DNA of 60,987 bases, the filler included. It is 3 parts of 3 records of this genome, joined end to end, with 100 filler letters (N's around TTAATTAATTAA, not from the genome) between each part and the next. Parts side by side here need not be neighbours in the genome. Positions count along the whole stretch, not along the records: positions 48,087 to 60,987 come from SRR31156797_8638; 2 more parts are not named here. One strand, written 5' to 3'. Each line of letters begins with the position of its first letter. Within the stretch, counting starts at the first letter, position 1. The position numbers were made by a program, and so were the translations under genes. Below are positions 49,961 through 60,027 of this stretch, one piece after another. The notes under the pieces were generated by a model. The model made no database searches. It worked only from the letters and a program-made list of their open reading frames with translations, and was not told the origin of the DNA.

Positions 49961-51954
49961 TACATCTCATCACACATTTTTTTATAAAGACTATCTTTTG
50001 TATTTTCAACATTTTGACATTTGCTTATAAATTCATCTCTTTTTATTGGATTATTAAAAGCTTCATATAATTTTACAATCTCATAATAAGTTTGTGCCAA
50101 ATCATTTGGTTTAATTCTTCTTGAATAGTCCAAAGAATTTAATAAGAGGTCTAGTGCTTCCTGATTATTGTTGTTTGTTTGTTCAACTTTTGCTAGTTCT
50201 AACTCAACAAAAGGAGAATAAACATGAGCATTTAACTCTTTTTGTTTTGTATATAGTTTTCTTAAAATAGCTGTTGCATCATCACTTAGCCCTTTTTTCA
50301 CTAAATATAAATAATAATGATAAAAAAAGTCAATGATTATTGGTCTATTTGTATTCGCCTCTATAAACTCAGGATGTCTATGTGCATAATCAAAATATCT
50401 ATCTAAAGCTACTGTATCATTTTTTTCAAAAAGAATTAAAAATCTATATAAAAACTCTTTACTTAATACCTCTTCATTATTTACCATTTCAACTTTTGCT
50501 GAGAAGTTTTCTGCTTCCTCATATTTTTTTAAAGCTAGTGCCATTCTTTCTAAATAAAGATAGATATTTGGATCTCTATCATTATTAAAAGTTTCAACAA
50601 GTTGTAGATATGACTTTTCAGTTGGGACTTCAATTAGACACTCAAAAAAGTCATATTTTGTTTTTTCATCTTTTATTAAAAGTTCAAATGTTTCACTTCT
50701 TGCACTATTTAAAGCTTCATTTAATAAAAAACATTTACCACTTTTTAAATATCCTTTGATTAAGTCAATATTTACCTCATCAATTATTGCATCAACTGTT
50801 TCAAACCCAAATCTTTTTGCAATAGTATTTGAAACTTTTTTATATACTCTTTTTGATTTTAAAATAATCTCATAGTTTTTCTTTTTCCAGTCATTTATCA
50901 ATTCTTGAAGTAAAACTTTTTGTTGCATAGCCTCTGAGCTTTGGTATTTTGTGGCTAAAACTGCAGGTTCAATATTTCCTTCTCTCATAAGAATTTCATC
51001 TAAATACATTTTTGATTTTTCAAAATGAACACCCTCTGGAAAATCATTGATTAAGTCTTTATATAACTCTTTTGCTAATAACAAATACTTATCTGTTCTA
51101 TCATACATATTCATATAAGTATTTGCTAATTTGTATTTAAAATCCTCTATAGAACTAGGTCTATCTGTTCTATTCAACAACTCTTTTAAAATCTCAACTG
51201 CAAATTCTGGCATTCCAACTTGAATTAATCTATCAACTTTTTCTAAAGCTAAAAAAGAATCTCCCGCGTAATAATCAATATTCTTTTTTAGTACTTTTGA
51301 GATTAAGTCATAAGCCTCTTCTCTTTTTCCATCTAAAATATAAACATCAAAAAGTTCATCTGCAACCAAAGTTGCAACAAGAATATCTGTTGTTTCTGTT
51401 AAAATTTTGTAAAGTCCTGTAATTGCCTTATTATATTCTCTTTGAAATTTATAAATTTTCGCTAGGTATATTTTCCCATACGCTTTTATAATTGGGTCAT
51501 CAAAGTTATTTATAATAATATTTGCAAAATATATTGCATCCTCAGCTTTGTTTAAATCAAGTTTCAATTCAATCAAAACCATATAAGCTCTTGCTAAATC
51601 CTCTTCATGAATTTTTGAGTCATTTATTGCATTTTCTAACTCTTTAGCTGCTTGAATAACTAATCTTTTTGATTTCTTTTTTAAACATAATTCAGCATAA
51701 AGAATATAAATATCAGATTCCAATACTTTGATTTTATTTTGGGCTTTTAAGGCTTCAATTTGGATATAAGCCTCATCAATTTTCCCTTCTTTAGAGATTT
51801 TTCTTGCATGGTTAATTATCTCAAATCCATCAGATATCTCTTGCTTTCTTTTTTCAGTTATTTGATTTCCTGTTGAATCAATAAAGCTATAATAAAAATC
51901 TTTTTTTGCTTCTAAAAATGAAAATAGTAAAAATAGCGTAATTAATAGTTTCAA
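49960..51954 (-). CDS. Secreted all-helical TPR-like protein in the flagellar operon
   Basis: TTG start, signal peptide, TPR-like helical pairs; its stop overlaps the fliI start (TAATG). Confidence 0.7.
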   Translation of the reverse strand: MKLLITLFLLFSFLEAKKDFYYSFIDSTGNQITEKRKQEISDGFEIINHARKISKEGKIDEAYIQIEALKAQNKIKVLESDIYILYAELCLKKKSKRLVIQAAKELENAINDSKIHEEDLARAYMVLIELKLDLNKAEDAIYFANIIINNFDDPIIKAYGKIYLAKIYKFQREYNKAITGLYKILTETTDILVATLVADELFDVYILDGKREEAYDLISKVLKKNIDYYAGDSFLALEKVDRLIQVGMPEFAVEILKELLNRTDRPSSIEDFKYKLANTYMNMYDRTDKYLLLAKELYKDLINDFPEGVHFEKSKMYLDEILMREGNIEPAVLATKYQSSEAMQQKVLLQELINDWKKKNYEIILKSKRVYKKVSNTIAKRFGFETVDAIIDEVNIDLIKGYLKSGKCFLLNEALNSARSETFELLIKDEKTKYDFFECLIEVPTEKSYLQLVETFNNDRDPNIYLYLERMALALKKYEEAENFSAKVEMVNNEEVLSKEFLYRFLILFEKNDTVALDRYFDYAHRHPEFIEANTNRPIIIDFFYHYYLYLVKKGLSDDATAILRKLYTKQKELNAHVYSPFVELELAKVEQTNNNNQEALDLLLNSLDYSRRIKPNDLAQTYYEIVKLYEAFNNPIKRDEFISKCQNVENTKDSLYKKMCDEM

Positions 51955-51959
51955 AAAAT

Positions 51960-53015
51960 TTAACCTTTTTTCTTTTTTAGTTCGTATACATAAGAGAATA
52001 TCTCTGCCATAGCTTTATAAAACTCTCCAGGTATCTCCTGATCCACTTCAATTTGTGCATAGATAGATCTTGCTAAAGATGGATTTTCAATAATTGGGAT
52101 ATCATTATCCCTAGCAATATCTTTTATTTTTAATGCTATAAAATCTATACCTTTAGCAACAACTTTAGGAGCATTATCTACTTGATTATCATATTTTAAA
52201 GCTACTGCATAATGAGTAGGATTTGTAATTACAACATCAGCCTCAGGAACTTCAGACATCATTCTCTTCATCGCCATTTGCATTTGAATTTTACGAATAC
52301 GCCCTTTTACTTGAGGATCCCCTTCCATATTTTTAAATTCATCTTTAATATCTTGTTTACTCATTCTAAGAGATTTCATATAATAAAATCTTGTAAAATA
52401 AAAATCAATTATAGCAAAAATAACTATAATTAGAAGTATTGCAGCTAAAAAATAACCAACTAAATGAACGATAGTATTCATTGTGGCATAAAACTCTGTA
52501 TCCATCATCTCAATAAAAAGTTTATAAGTAAATGCAAAAACTAAAAACATCACTGCAATAATAATTATCAACTTAAAAGTTAACTTCAGTGCTTCTAATG
52601 CTTTTTTTAAACCAAATACTCCTTTTAATCCCTTAATTGGGTCAATTTTCTGTAAATCAAACTTCATAGGAGTTGCTACAAATCCAAACTGTGTCCAGTT
52701 AGAAATTAGTACAAGTAAAATAACCAAAACAAACAATGGCATCAATGTAATTAGTAAAGTAACTACGGCATTATATCCTACAACATAAAAAGTATTACCA
52801 GTCATATCTTGACCAATTAAACCATAAACAAAAAGCATTAATTTTTTAATATGGTCTACAGCATTACCTGAAAAAAACAATAAGTAGACAGACCCAAAAA
52901 GAAGTACAGCTGCTCCTGTAACCTCCATAGATTTTGGAACATTTCCCTCTTTTTTAGCATCTTCTATTTTCTTGGGGGTAGGTTCTTCGGTTTTGTCATC
53001 ATCTTCAGCAGCCAT
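51960..53015 (-). CDS. flhB: Flagellar export switch protein FlhB
   Basis: KTEEPT.KK..A..EG.V.KS, EGDPQVK, NPTH autocleavage motif. Confidence 0.97.
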   Translation of the reverse strand: MAAEDDDKTEEPTPKKIEDAKKEGNVPKSMEVTGAAVLLFGSVYLLFFSGNAVDHIKKLMLFVYGLIGQDMTGNTFYVVGYNAVVTLLITLMPLFVLVILLVLISNWTQFGFVATPMKFDLQKIDPIKGLKGVFGLKKALEALKLTFKLIIIIAVMFLVFAFTYKLFIEMMDTEFYATMNTIVHLVGYFLAAILLIIVIFAIIDFYFTRFYYMKSLRMSKQDIKDEFKNMEGDPQVKGRIRKIQMQMAMKRMMSEVPEADVVITNPTHYAVALKYDNQVDNAPKVVAKGIDFIALKIKDIARDNDIPIIENPSLARSIYAQIEVDQEIPGEFYKAMAEIFSYVYELKKKKG

Positions 53016-53026
53016 ACTCTATACCC

Positions 53027-53776
53027 CTATTGAAATTTAGTAATTAAATACTCTGTAAAATTCTCTGTAAACACTTCCATACCTAAAATTAGAAATATAA
53101 ATATTAAAGCAAATTTTAGCTGAAAAGTGATAACAAAAGGAGAAAATGCAGGCATTGACTTTGTACCATAGCCATAATAGATATCAAGAATAAAACCAAT
53201 AAAGAACAGTGGCAAAGCAAAAGAAAATGCAAATGCAAACATTCTATTAATTTCATCTATTGCTATTTGTATCCCATCATAAGAAAATACATTAAATGCA
53301 CCTAAGTGTATCATTGAAAAACTTTTTGTCAAAATTACAATAGTCATTTCATACATTCCAGTTTCAAAAAAAACCATCAAAGATATCCAATACAAAAGCC
53401 TTGTTACTAACCCTTCATTTGATCCAGTAGAAGGGTCAAACATATTTGCCATAGATAAAGCAGTTGAATAACCAACAAAATCACCAATAATTCTAACTGC
53501 ATTAAAAGCAACATTAATAAACATTGCTGCAATAAATCCTAATGTAGCTTCACTTATCAAACCTAAAAGTAAACCTGTTTCTGTAAAGTCACCTTTTACT
53601 TCAACTAAAGGATAAATAAACATTGTTAAAAAAAGTGCAAAACTCACTCTTACTCTAGAGTTAACTGATGTGTGGCTAAATATTGGCATAAAAACTGCAA
53701 AAGCTAAAATACGAGCAAAAAGAAGTAGAAATGAGAATATTTTTTCCTCATTTAATAAAGAGATAAACTCTTGCAT
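53027..53776 (-). CDS. fliR: Flagellar biosynthetic protein FliR
   Basis: R......MP.F, E...G, MANMFDP, 249-aa polytopic protein directly upstream of flhB. Confidence 0.92.
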   Translation of the reverse strand: MQEFISLLNEEKIFSFLLLFARILAFAVFMPIFSHTSVNSRVRVSFALFLTMFIYPLVEVKGDFTETGLLLGLISEATLGFIAAMFINVAFNAVRIIGDFVGYSTALSMANMFDPSTGSNEGLVTRLLYWISLMVFFETGMYEMTIVILTKSFSMIHLGAFNVFSYDGIQIAIDEINRMFAFAFSFALPLFFIGFILDIYYGYGTKSMPAFSPFVITFQLKFALIFIFLILGMEVFTENFTEYLITKFQ

Positions 53777-56092
53777 TTACATATAATTTATATCTTCAGC
53801 TACATTTTGATTTTGAACTCTTGATTCAATAATTTCACCTGAAGAGTGTTGTGGAGTTTGTCTATTGCTTTGTTCTTCATCTTGAGATGAATTAGAGCTA
53901 TTATTTGAAGTTTCATCCTCCATACTAAAACTTAAATCAAAAGATGTTTGATTATTATCAAATGTTTTATTTAATGCATCTTTTAATGAACTTTGGTTTT
54001 CAACCATTGCCTCATGTGTATGAGATTGAGACATTGTTAAACTAATAGAGATACCATTATCTTTATCATTTTTCATCAAAATTGCAATATGACCTAACTG
54101 AGAAGGTGCTAAGTTTATTCTAAAAGCAGTAACAGGCGGTTTATAGTTTTCATACATACTTCTAGCAACATCTGACATCATAGAAGACATATGTTGTCTT
54201 GCTGCAATTATTCTATTTTCTATCGATAAAGCTAAATTATTATTAACTGTAATATCAACTTCTTGTGTTTGAGTTGAAGTAGTAGTTGATGATGTAGAAC
54301 TTGTGTTTGCTGTTGTAGTTGCTATTGTTTTAGCTTTTTGAGTATTTTCATCCTCTTCTATACTCTCTTGAATATTTTCTTCAATCATATTTTCCATATT
54401 TTTATTATTTAGGTTAACTTTATCTAAAAATGAATTACTTCTATTTTGATTTGATTGATTTTGATTGTTGTTAGAACTTGCACCTTCAGCTTCAACTTCA
54501 ACACTACTATCTTGTAATCCAAGATTTAGCATCGATGCACCCTCTTTTACATCATTTAAGTTTGTACCCTCTTTTACTGTTTTAACAGCTTCAGTTTTAT
54601 TTGCTAACATTTGAGACATTGCACTATTTTTTTGAGAGCTTAAATATATGTTTGTTAATAAATCATTTGATTTATTTAAAGGAGATTCTTTTGTTGTATT
54701 TGCACTATCTAATAGATTTGCTGTAGCGGTTGAATCACTTTTTGTATTATTTAATATTTTATCAATCAAAGACTCTTTGTTTGATTGAGACTGTTTTATT
54801 TCAGTTTGTTTTAATGATTCTTTATCTAAGTTTACAGTTTCTGGTTTTTTACTAATTGATTCAGAATCCAATGAGTTTAATTTTTTAGATTCAATAGTCT
54901 CAGATTTTACTTTCTCTGTAACTAATTTTTCTGTCTCATTTTTTAAATTTTTAAATAAATTTCCAGATTCTTGATTTTTTGTATTTTCAGTCTGTGCAGT
55001 TTTTTCACTTGTTTGTGTTTTTTGCTTTGTATCTTCTACTACATCACTTGCATCAGCATCAATTGTATTTTTAATATTCTCTTGTTGAACACTACTATCT
55101 GTTTTTATCTCTTCAAAGTTTTGATTTGCTTTTGTTACAACATTTTCTACTTTTTTATCGGGTGAAGTTTCCTCAATATTTGACTGATTTACAGTTGTAC
55201 TGTTTTCTTTTGGAGTTTTAGTTTCTAAACTCTCTTCATCAAAAAGAGATTTTTGTATAGGCTTTGTAGCTTTTTCATTTTCTGTATTTTTTGTTTCTAA
55301 GTTTTGTTTATTTGTATCTTCTGTTGTTGTTTTGGTAGAAACTATTTTTTCAGTTACATCATTTTTATTTTCATTTTGTTTTTCTAGAACAGTTGTGTTA
55401 TCTTTTGTATTGTTTGTAACTTGTTGATTTTTAGTACTAGTTTCACTATTTTTAGAATCTTCTACTTGATTATTTTGAAGATTGTTTTGAGCTAAGTTAG
55501 TATCACTATTTTGAGTTTTTAGGCTTTCATTTATGTTTTGGTTTGATTTATTTAGATTATTTAATTTATCTTCAATATTTGTATCTTCACCTTTAGTTTT
55601 TTGTTCTATATCATTAGTTATTTCAATATTTTTAGATGAATTTTCTTGTGTATTTTTAATCTTTTTATTTGCTTCTAAAACCATTCTATCTAGTAAAGAA
55701 GAAGATTGTTTCTCTTTTGTTTTTGGTTCTTCTACAACTTTCTCTTCTGTATTATTTAAAGTTTTATTGTTTTGAGTTGTAGGTTCTTGTTTAGTCTCTT
55801 TTGACAAATTATTTTCAGAGTCTTTTTGAGTTTCAGTTGTCTGTGTTTTTTCATTTGTTTTTGATTGAGTTGTACTTTCAAGTTTTTGAGTATCATCTTG
55901 TTCAGGGTTTTGTGTTGTATTACTTGTCTGATTTTGTGTAGTATTTGAAGAAGATTGTTCAAGTTCTTTTTTACTATTCATCATCAATGAATCAAAAAGT
56001 GAAGCTCCCTCTTTTTTTGAACTACTTGAAGAAGAGTTCTTTTTGTTACTTGTATTTTCGTTAAGAGATAATAAATCAACTTGTTGTGTCAT
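53777..56092 (-). CDS. fliK: Flagellar hook-length control protein
   Basis: Long low-complexity N/T/Q/E/K region plus C-terminal INLAPSQLGHIAI...L...L motif. Confidence 0.85.
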   Translation of the reverse strand: MTQQVDLLSLNENTSNKKNSSSSSSKKEGASLFDSLMMNSKKELEQSSSNTTQNQTSNTTQNPEQDDTQKLESTTQSKTNEKTQTTETQKDSENNLSKETKQEPTTQNNKTLNNTEEKVVEEPKTKEKQSSSLLDRMVLEANKKIKNTQENSSKNIEITNDIEQKTKGEDTNIEDKLNNLNKSNQNINESLKTQNSDTNLAQNNLQNNQVEDSKNSETSTKNQQVTNNTKDNTTVLEKQNENKNDVTEKIVSTKTTTEDTNKQNLETKNTENEKATKPIQKSLFDEESLETKTPKENSTTVNQSNIEETSPDKKVENVVTKANQNFEEIKTDSSVQQENIKNTIDADASDVVEDTKQKTQTSEKTAQTENTKNQESGNLFKNLKNETEKLVTEKVKSETIESKKLNSLDSESISKKPETVNLDKESLKQTEIKQSQSNKESLIDKILNNTKSDSTATANLLDSANTTKESPLNKSNDLLTNIYLSSQKNSAMSQMLANKTEAVKTVKEGTNLNDVKEGASMLNLGLQDSSVEVEAEGASSNNNQNQSNQNRSNSFLDKVNLNNKNMENMIEENIQESIEEDENTQKAKTIATTTANTSSTSSTTTSTQTQEVDITVNNNLALSIENRIIAARQHMSSMMSDVARSMYENYKPPVTAFRINLAPSQLGHIAILMKNDKDNGISISLTMSQSHTHEAMVENQSSLKDALNKTFDNNQTSFDLSFSMEDETSNNSSNSSQDEEQSNRQTPQHSSGEIIESRVQNQNVAEDINYM

Positions 56093-56096
56093 GGTA

Positions 56097-56579
56097 TTAT
56101 ACTTCTAATATTCCCAATGTTTTAGTGTCGATATTTTTATGTGTCTCAAACGCTGAAACATTAGCTTCATAAGAACGCATAGCCTCAATTAAATTAACCA
56201 TTTCAATTACAGGGTTAATATTTGGATATGCAACATAACCTTCTTCATTTGCATCTGGGTGAGAAGGTTCAAATCTCATAATTGGTTCTGCATCATCTTC
56301 TACTACAGATTTTACTCCCACTGCACTTAAAGCTTGCTCAGTATTTTGATTTAGTTGATTTGTAAAGTTTGCATTTGTATTATTAGTTGATGTTGTATTA
56401 TTTTTATCATTTTGCTTAAGTAAAACCTCTTCGAAAACCACATCTTGTTTTTTATAAGGTCCACCCTCAGCTGTATGGGTAGTTTTTGCATTAGCAATAT
56501 TTGCACTTACCACATTGATTCTAGTTCTTTGTGCGCTCATTCCTGAAACTGCTACATCATATCCATCATAAAATCCCAT
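56097..56579 (-). CDS. flgC: Basal-body rod protein FlgC
   Basis: SGMSAQR.R..V.SANIANA.TT, HPDA..GYV.YPN.N...EM..LI.A.RSYEAN. Confidence 0.96.
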   Translation of the reverse strand: MGFYDGYDVAVSGMSAQRTRINVVSANIANAKTTHTAEGGPYKKQDVVFEEVLLKQNDKNNTTSTNNTNANFTNQLNQNTEQALSAVGVKSVVEDDAEPIMRFEPSHPDANEEGYVAYPNINPVIEMVNLIEAMRSYEANVSAFETHKNIDTKTLGILEV

Positions 56580-56591
56580 ACTAAACTCCTA

Positions 56592-56900
56592 TTAAACCTG
56601 CATACTTCCAACTTCTTTAAAGGCAGCTAGAGCTTTATTTTTAACTTCTAGTGCTAACTTTAAAGATAACTCAGCTTCTTCTATTCTTTGTACTGCCTCT
56701 TGAAGATTTTCAACTTTACCTGTTGCAATCCCTTCCATAGCATTGTAACCTTCAAGTTGTGAGTCATTTAATTCTGTAACAGCGTTATTTAGTAACTGTG
56801 CAAAACTGTTGTCTTGTGTTTGATTTGCTAAATTTGCTTTGCTTGCTTGGTTACTTGTTATAGAACCAATTGAACTACTAGCTATTGATGATATATCCAT
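56592..56900 (-). CDS. fliE: Hook-basal body protein FliE
   Basis: SF..LL..AV, ATG, AELSL.L..EV.NK...A.KE...MQV. Confidence 0.93.
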   Translation of the reverse strand: MDISSIASSSIGSITSNQASKANLANQTQDNSFAQLLNNAVTELNDSQLEGYNAMEGIATGKVENLQEAVQRIEEAELSLKLALEVKNKALAAFKEVGSMQV

Positions 56901-56911
56901 TTTCTATCTCC

Positions 56912-57232
56912 TTAAGCTTTTTTGCCCATATTTTCGGCATCTTGTACATTTAATTCTGCCATCATCGCATTGATTTTTTCTTCATTGTATTTAAAATCTA
57001 ACTCTTCTCTTTTTTTATCTAAGTCAAATAATAATATTATCAATGAAAGCATCATATTAGATACACCTTTTAAGATGATTGTTACACCAATTATCCCAAA
57101 AATCATCTCTAAAGGCGTATATAGGTCTGCATTAACCACGAAAAATATTAAAGTTGCAAAAAATCCAGTGCCTATATATAATCTAAATATACCACTGTTA
57201 ATCACATTTTGTGAAAATTTTTCTACTACCAT
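56912..57232 (-). CDS. Small 2-TM membrane protein with C-terminal coiled coil
   Basis: AGGA RBS; two hydrophobic segments; co-oriented between flhG and fliE. Confidence 0.7.
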   Translation of the reverse strand: MVVEKFSQNVINSGIFRLYIGTGFFATLIFFVVNADLYTPLEMIFGIIGVTIILKGVSNMMLSLIILLFDLDKKREELDFKYNEEKINAMMAELNVQDAENMGKKA

Positions 57233-57288
57233 AATTTTCCTATGTTAGATAAAAAAGTATTTAATGCTGATGCAGACACGAACAAACC

Positions 57289-58104
57289 CTATTTAATATT
57301 TTTTAGTAATATATCTATTACATTATGAAACTGAACTGTAATCTCGTCATTTGTAAACTCATGAACAAATAGTTTTCTTAATCTTGATGTTGTAGAAATA
57401 TTTGCCGATGTTGAAACATTTCCTATATATTTTACCATAAAATTTTGATTTAATCGATTTTTTTTAGCTAAATTCACTAAAGAATTAGAAATTGTTTCTC
57501 CAATTTTGTAATTCTTTGTATGATTGAAGCAGATAAGAAGTTTTTCTTTATCAACTGATAACATTTTCATAAGTGCATAAACATCAGTTAAAGCAGAAGG
57601 ATCAGTTGTTGTCAAAGCTAAAATATTGTTTGATAAAGATAAAAACTCTTGAACATACTCGTTTAAACCTGCACCTGTATCGATAAGTATAATGTCATAA
57701 TTATTTAAACTTCTCAGTTCATCTATCACTCTTGTTATAACCAAAGAGTTTTTTAAGTTTGCAAATTGATGTCCACTTTTTCCAGCTACAAGATGTAAAT
57801 TATTAAAAGCTGTTGGAGATATAACCTCTTCAATAGTATTTCTACCATCTAAAAAGTCAAATATAGTTTTTCTTGGTTTAAGGTCAAAAAGTACTTGCAT
57901 ATTAGCTAAACCAATATCAGCATCTACAACTACAACTTTAAAACCTCTTTTTGATAAAAGGTATGCAATATTTGCAGTGAAAGTTGATTTTCCAACTCCT
58001 CCTTTTCCTGATGTTACAGTGATTACTTTAGTTTTTGAACTATTATCTTTACTTCTTGTTAAGTTTAATAGTTTATGGGCTTGTGAAGATATAGAATTAA
58101 ACAA
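57289..58104 (-). CDS. flhG: MinD-like ATPase FlhG
   Basis: TSGKGGVGKS deviant Walker A, DADIGLAN, IDTGAG, N-terminal SQA..L activator-like motif; follows flhF. Confidence 0.92.
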   Translation of the reverse strand: MFNSISSQAHKLLNLTRSKDNSSKTKVITVTSGKGGVGKSTFTANIAYLLSKRGFKVVVVDADIGLANMQVLFDLKPRKTIFDFLDGRNTIEEVISPTAFNNLHLVAGKSGHQFANLKNSLVITRVIDELRSLNNYDIILIDTGAGLNEYVQEFLSLSNNILALTTTDPSALTDVYALMKMLSVDKEKLLICFNHTKNYKIGETISNSLVNLAKKNRLNQNFMVKYIGNVSTSANISTTSRLRKLFVHEFTNDEITVQFHNVIDILLKNIK

Positions 58105-58105
58105 T

Positions 58106-59257
58106 TTATCTTCCTACACAAGAGTTATTCATAAAGCAGTTGATTAAGAAAGTTGAGTCTGATACAATTAAATCATCAGGTACATTTTGTCCAATTGAAA
58201 AGTAAGTGATTGATTTCTTTGTTTTATGTGCAAAAGATATTAAGTTTCCAAAACTTTTTGTTTCATCAAGTTTTGTAAATGTTAAGTAGTCAATATTTAA
58301 TCTTGAATAGTTTGTGTATATATCAATCAAGTCACTATGTTTTACATTTGCAGGTAAAACTAATATTTTCTCAATAGGCAGTTCATCTACTCTTTCTTGA
58401 TATTCGTTAATCATCTCAATTTTATCAATGTCATATTGAGAAGAACCCGCTGTATCAATAAAAATATAATTACAATCTTTTAATCTTAAAAGTGCTTCAA
58501 CTAACTCCTCTGGCTTTTTCACAACCTCTAAAGGCAAACGCATAATATTAGTATATGCTTGTAACTGCTCTATTGCACCAACTCTAAAAGAGTCTAAAGT
58601 AACAATACCAACTTTGTAGTTTTGCCCTAACTTATATGCATATCTTGCTGCTAATTTAGCAATTGTAGTTGTTTTTCCAACACCTGTGGGACCAACCATC
58701 ATTACAATCTTTCTTTGATGTTTTCTTAGAGGAATTTCTTGTTTAATAGGAATAATTCTTCTTAATACTAATTTGAAAAAATCGTTTACTTTTTTAGGGT
58801 TCTTTTTTAAAGCAATTGGAAGTTGATTTATTGTTTTTTTCATGATTGTATAAGTCATCTCTTGATCAAATTCATTTTGTTCAAAAAGGTTATACATCTC
58901 AATAAATTCTGGTGGAATATTTAAATCATACAGTTGACTCTTAGGATTCCATAAAGACTTTTGCACTTGCATAATTGCATCTTGCATCTTAAGAATCTCT
59001 TCTCTAAAATCATAAAACTTTACATCCATATTTTTATTTTCAGAGCTTGAACTAGTTGATGTTTTTATTTTTTTTGTATGCTTTAAGGGTTGTTGTTCAT
59101 CCTCTAAAGCAACAACTACTTCGTACATATCTTTGTTTCCATCACTAGCACTAGAGATTTTTTTTGTAGAAACTACTATAGCATCTTCACCACACTCTTC
59201 TTGAGCATTTCTTAATGCAATAGTTGGAGTTTCACCTAAAAAAGAAAGCATATTCAT
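58106..59257 (-). CDS. flhF: SRP-type GTPase FlhF
   Basis: GPTGVGKTTTIAKLAA, D.FRVGA.EQL, DTAG, TKLDE, GQNVPDD. Confidence 0.96.
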   Translation of the reverse strand: MNMLSFLGETPTIALRNAQEECGEDAIVVSTKKISSASDGNKDMYEVVVALEDEQQPLKHTKKIKTSTSSSSENKNMDVKFYDFREEILKMQDAIMQVQKSLWNPKSQLYDLNIPPEFIEMYNLFEQNEFDQEMTYTIMKKTINQLPIALKKNPKKVNDFFKLVLRRIIPIKQEIPLRKHQRKIVMMVGPTGVGKTTTIAKLAARYAYKLGQNYKVGIVTLDSFRVGAIEQLQAYTNIMRLPLEVVKKPEELVEALLRLKDCNYIFIDTAGSSQYDIDKIEMINEYQERVDELPIEKILVLPANVKHSDLIDIYTNYSRLNIDYLTFTKLDETKSFGNLISFAHKTKKSITYFSIGQNVPDDLIVSDSTFLINCFMNNSCVGR

Positions 59258-59652
59258 TCTATTCTTCCATCTTTATAAATTTTTTCAACTTCACCGTCAT
59301 ATCTTTTAATTTTTATATATTCATCATTTTCATAAATAATCTTACCTTGTTTCTCAATTTGGATTGGACCAAAATCAAATACTATAGAGTTTTGTTTAAA
59401 ATTATCTACATCTTTTGTACAAAGAATAGTACCTCTTTTTAAAAACCTTGCAGCTAAATATTTTTTACTATTAAATGCTGCTAAAGTTAGTGGTTCACAA
59501 TGTTTTTTAACACTGCTTGCTTTTTGTAAAGACAGTTTGTCTTTAGACAACATCTCTTTATAATTTATATCCTTTGTAACTACAATAACATCTATTGCAA
59601 AAAGATTTAAAGATAATAAAAAAAATAAAAAAAGACCTTTAAGCCTTAACAT
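59254..59652 (-). CDS. Short FlgA-like P-ring chaperone (SAF-like domain)
   Basis: ATG 59652 gives a signal peptide; VIVVTKDI...L and AARFLKRG.IL...DV resemble SAF/FlgA; flagellar context. Confidence 0.55.
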   Translation of the reverse strand: MLRLKGLFLFFLLSLNLFAIDVIVVTKDINYKEMLSKDKLSLQKASSVKKHCEPLTLAAFNSKKYLAARFLKRGTILCTKDVDNFKQNSIVFDFGPIQIEKQGKIIYENDEYIKIKRYDGEVEKIYKDGRIE

Positions 59653-60016
59653 CAAACAGTTTCCCTCCATTTTTTTGAGTAATATCATCTACTATGTCTT
59701 TATACATTTTTTGTATAGGTTCAACTATCATCGATAGTTTTCTATTTAAATCATATAACTTTTTTAATTCTACTTCTAAAGAGTCAACCTTATCTCTATA
59801 AATATTAATGTCTACTCCACTTTGCATTGCTTCAACTAAAGCTTCATTTAACTTCATCTTATTTGCAGTAATTGTTTCTATTAATTCATTTTTTTCATCG
59901 TTTCTATTTAACAAAGATTCATGTTTAGCTTGTTTTATATCTTCTATATCTTTTAATATGCAAGTTTGCATCATCTTTACATTGGAAACCATCTCATCAA
60001 CAATTTTTTCAACCAT
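59639..60016 (-). CDS. FlgN-like export chaperone
   Basis: 125 aa, all-helical, DIEDIK.A.H..L..RN..K and L..LN pattern; follows the FlgJ-like gene. Confidence 0.55.
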   Translation of the reverse strand: MVEKIVDEMVSNVKMMQTCILKDIEDIKQAKHESLLNRNDEKNELIETITANKMKLNEALVEAMQSGVDINIYRDKVDSLEVELKKLYDLNRKLSMIVEPIQKMYKDIVDDITQKNGGKLFDVKA

Positions 60017-60027
60017 TAGTTACTCTT

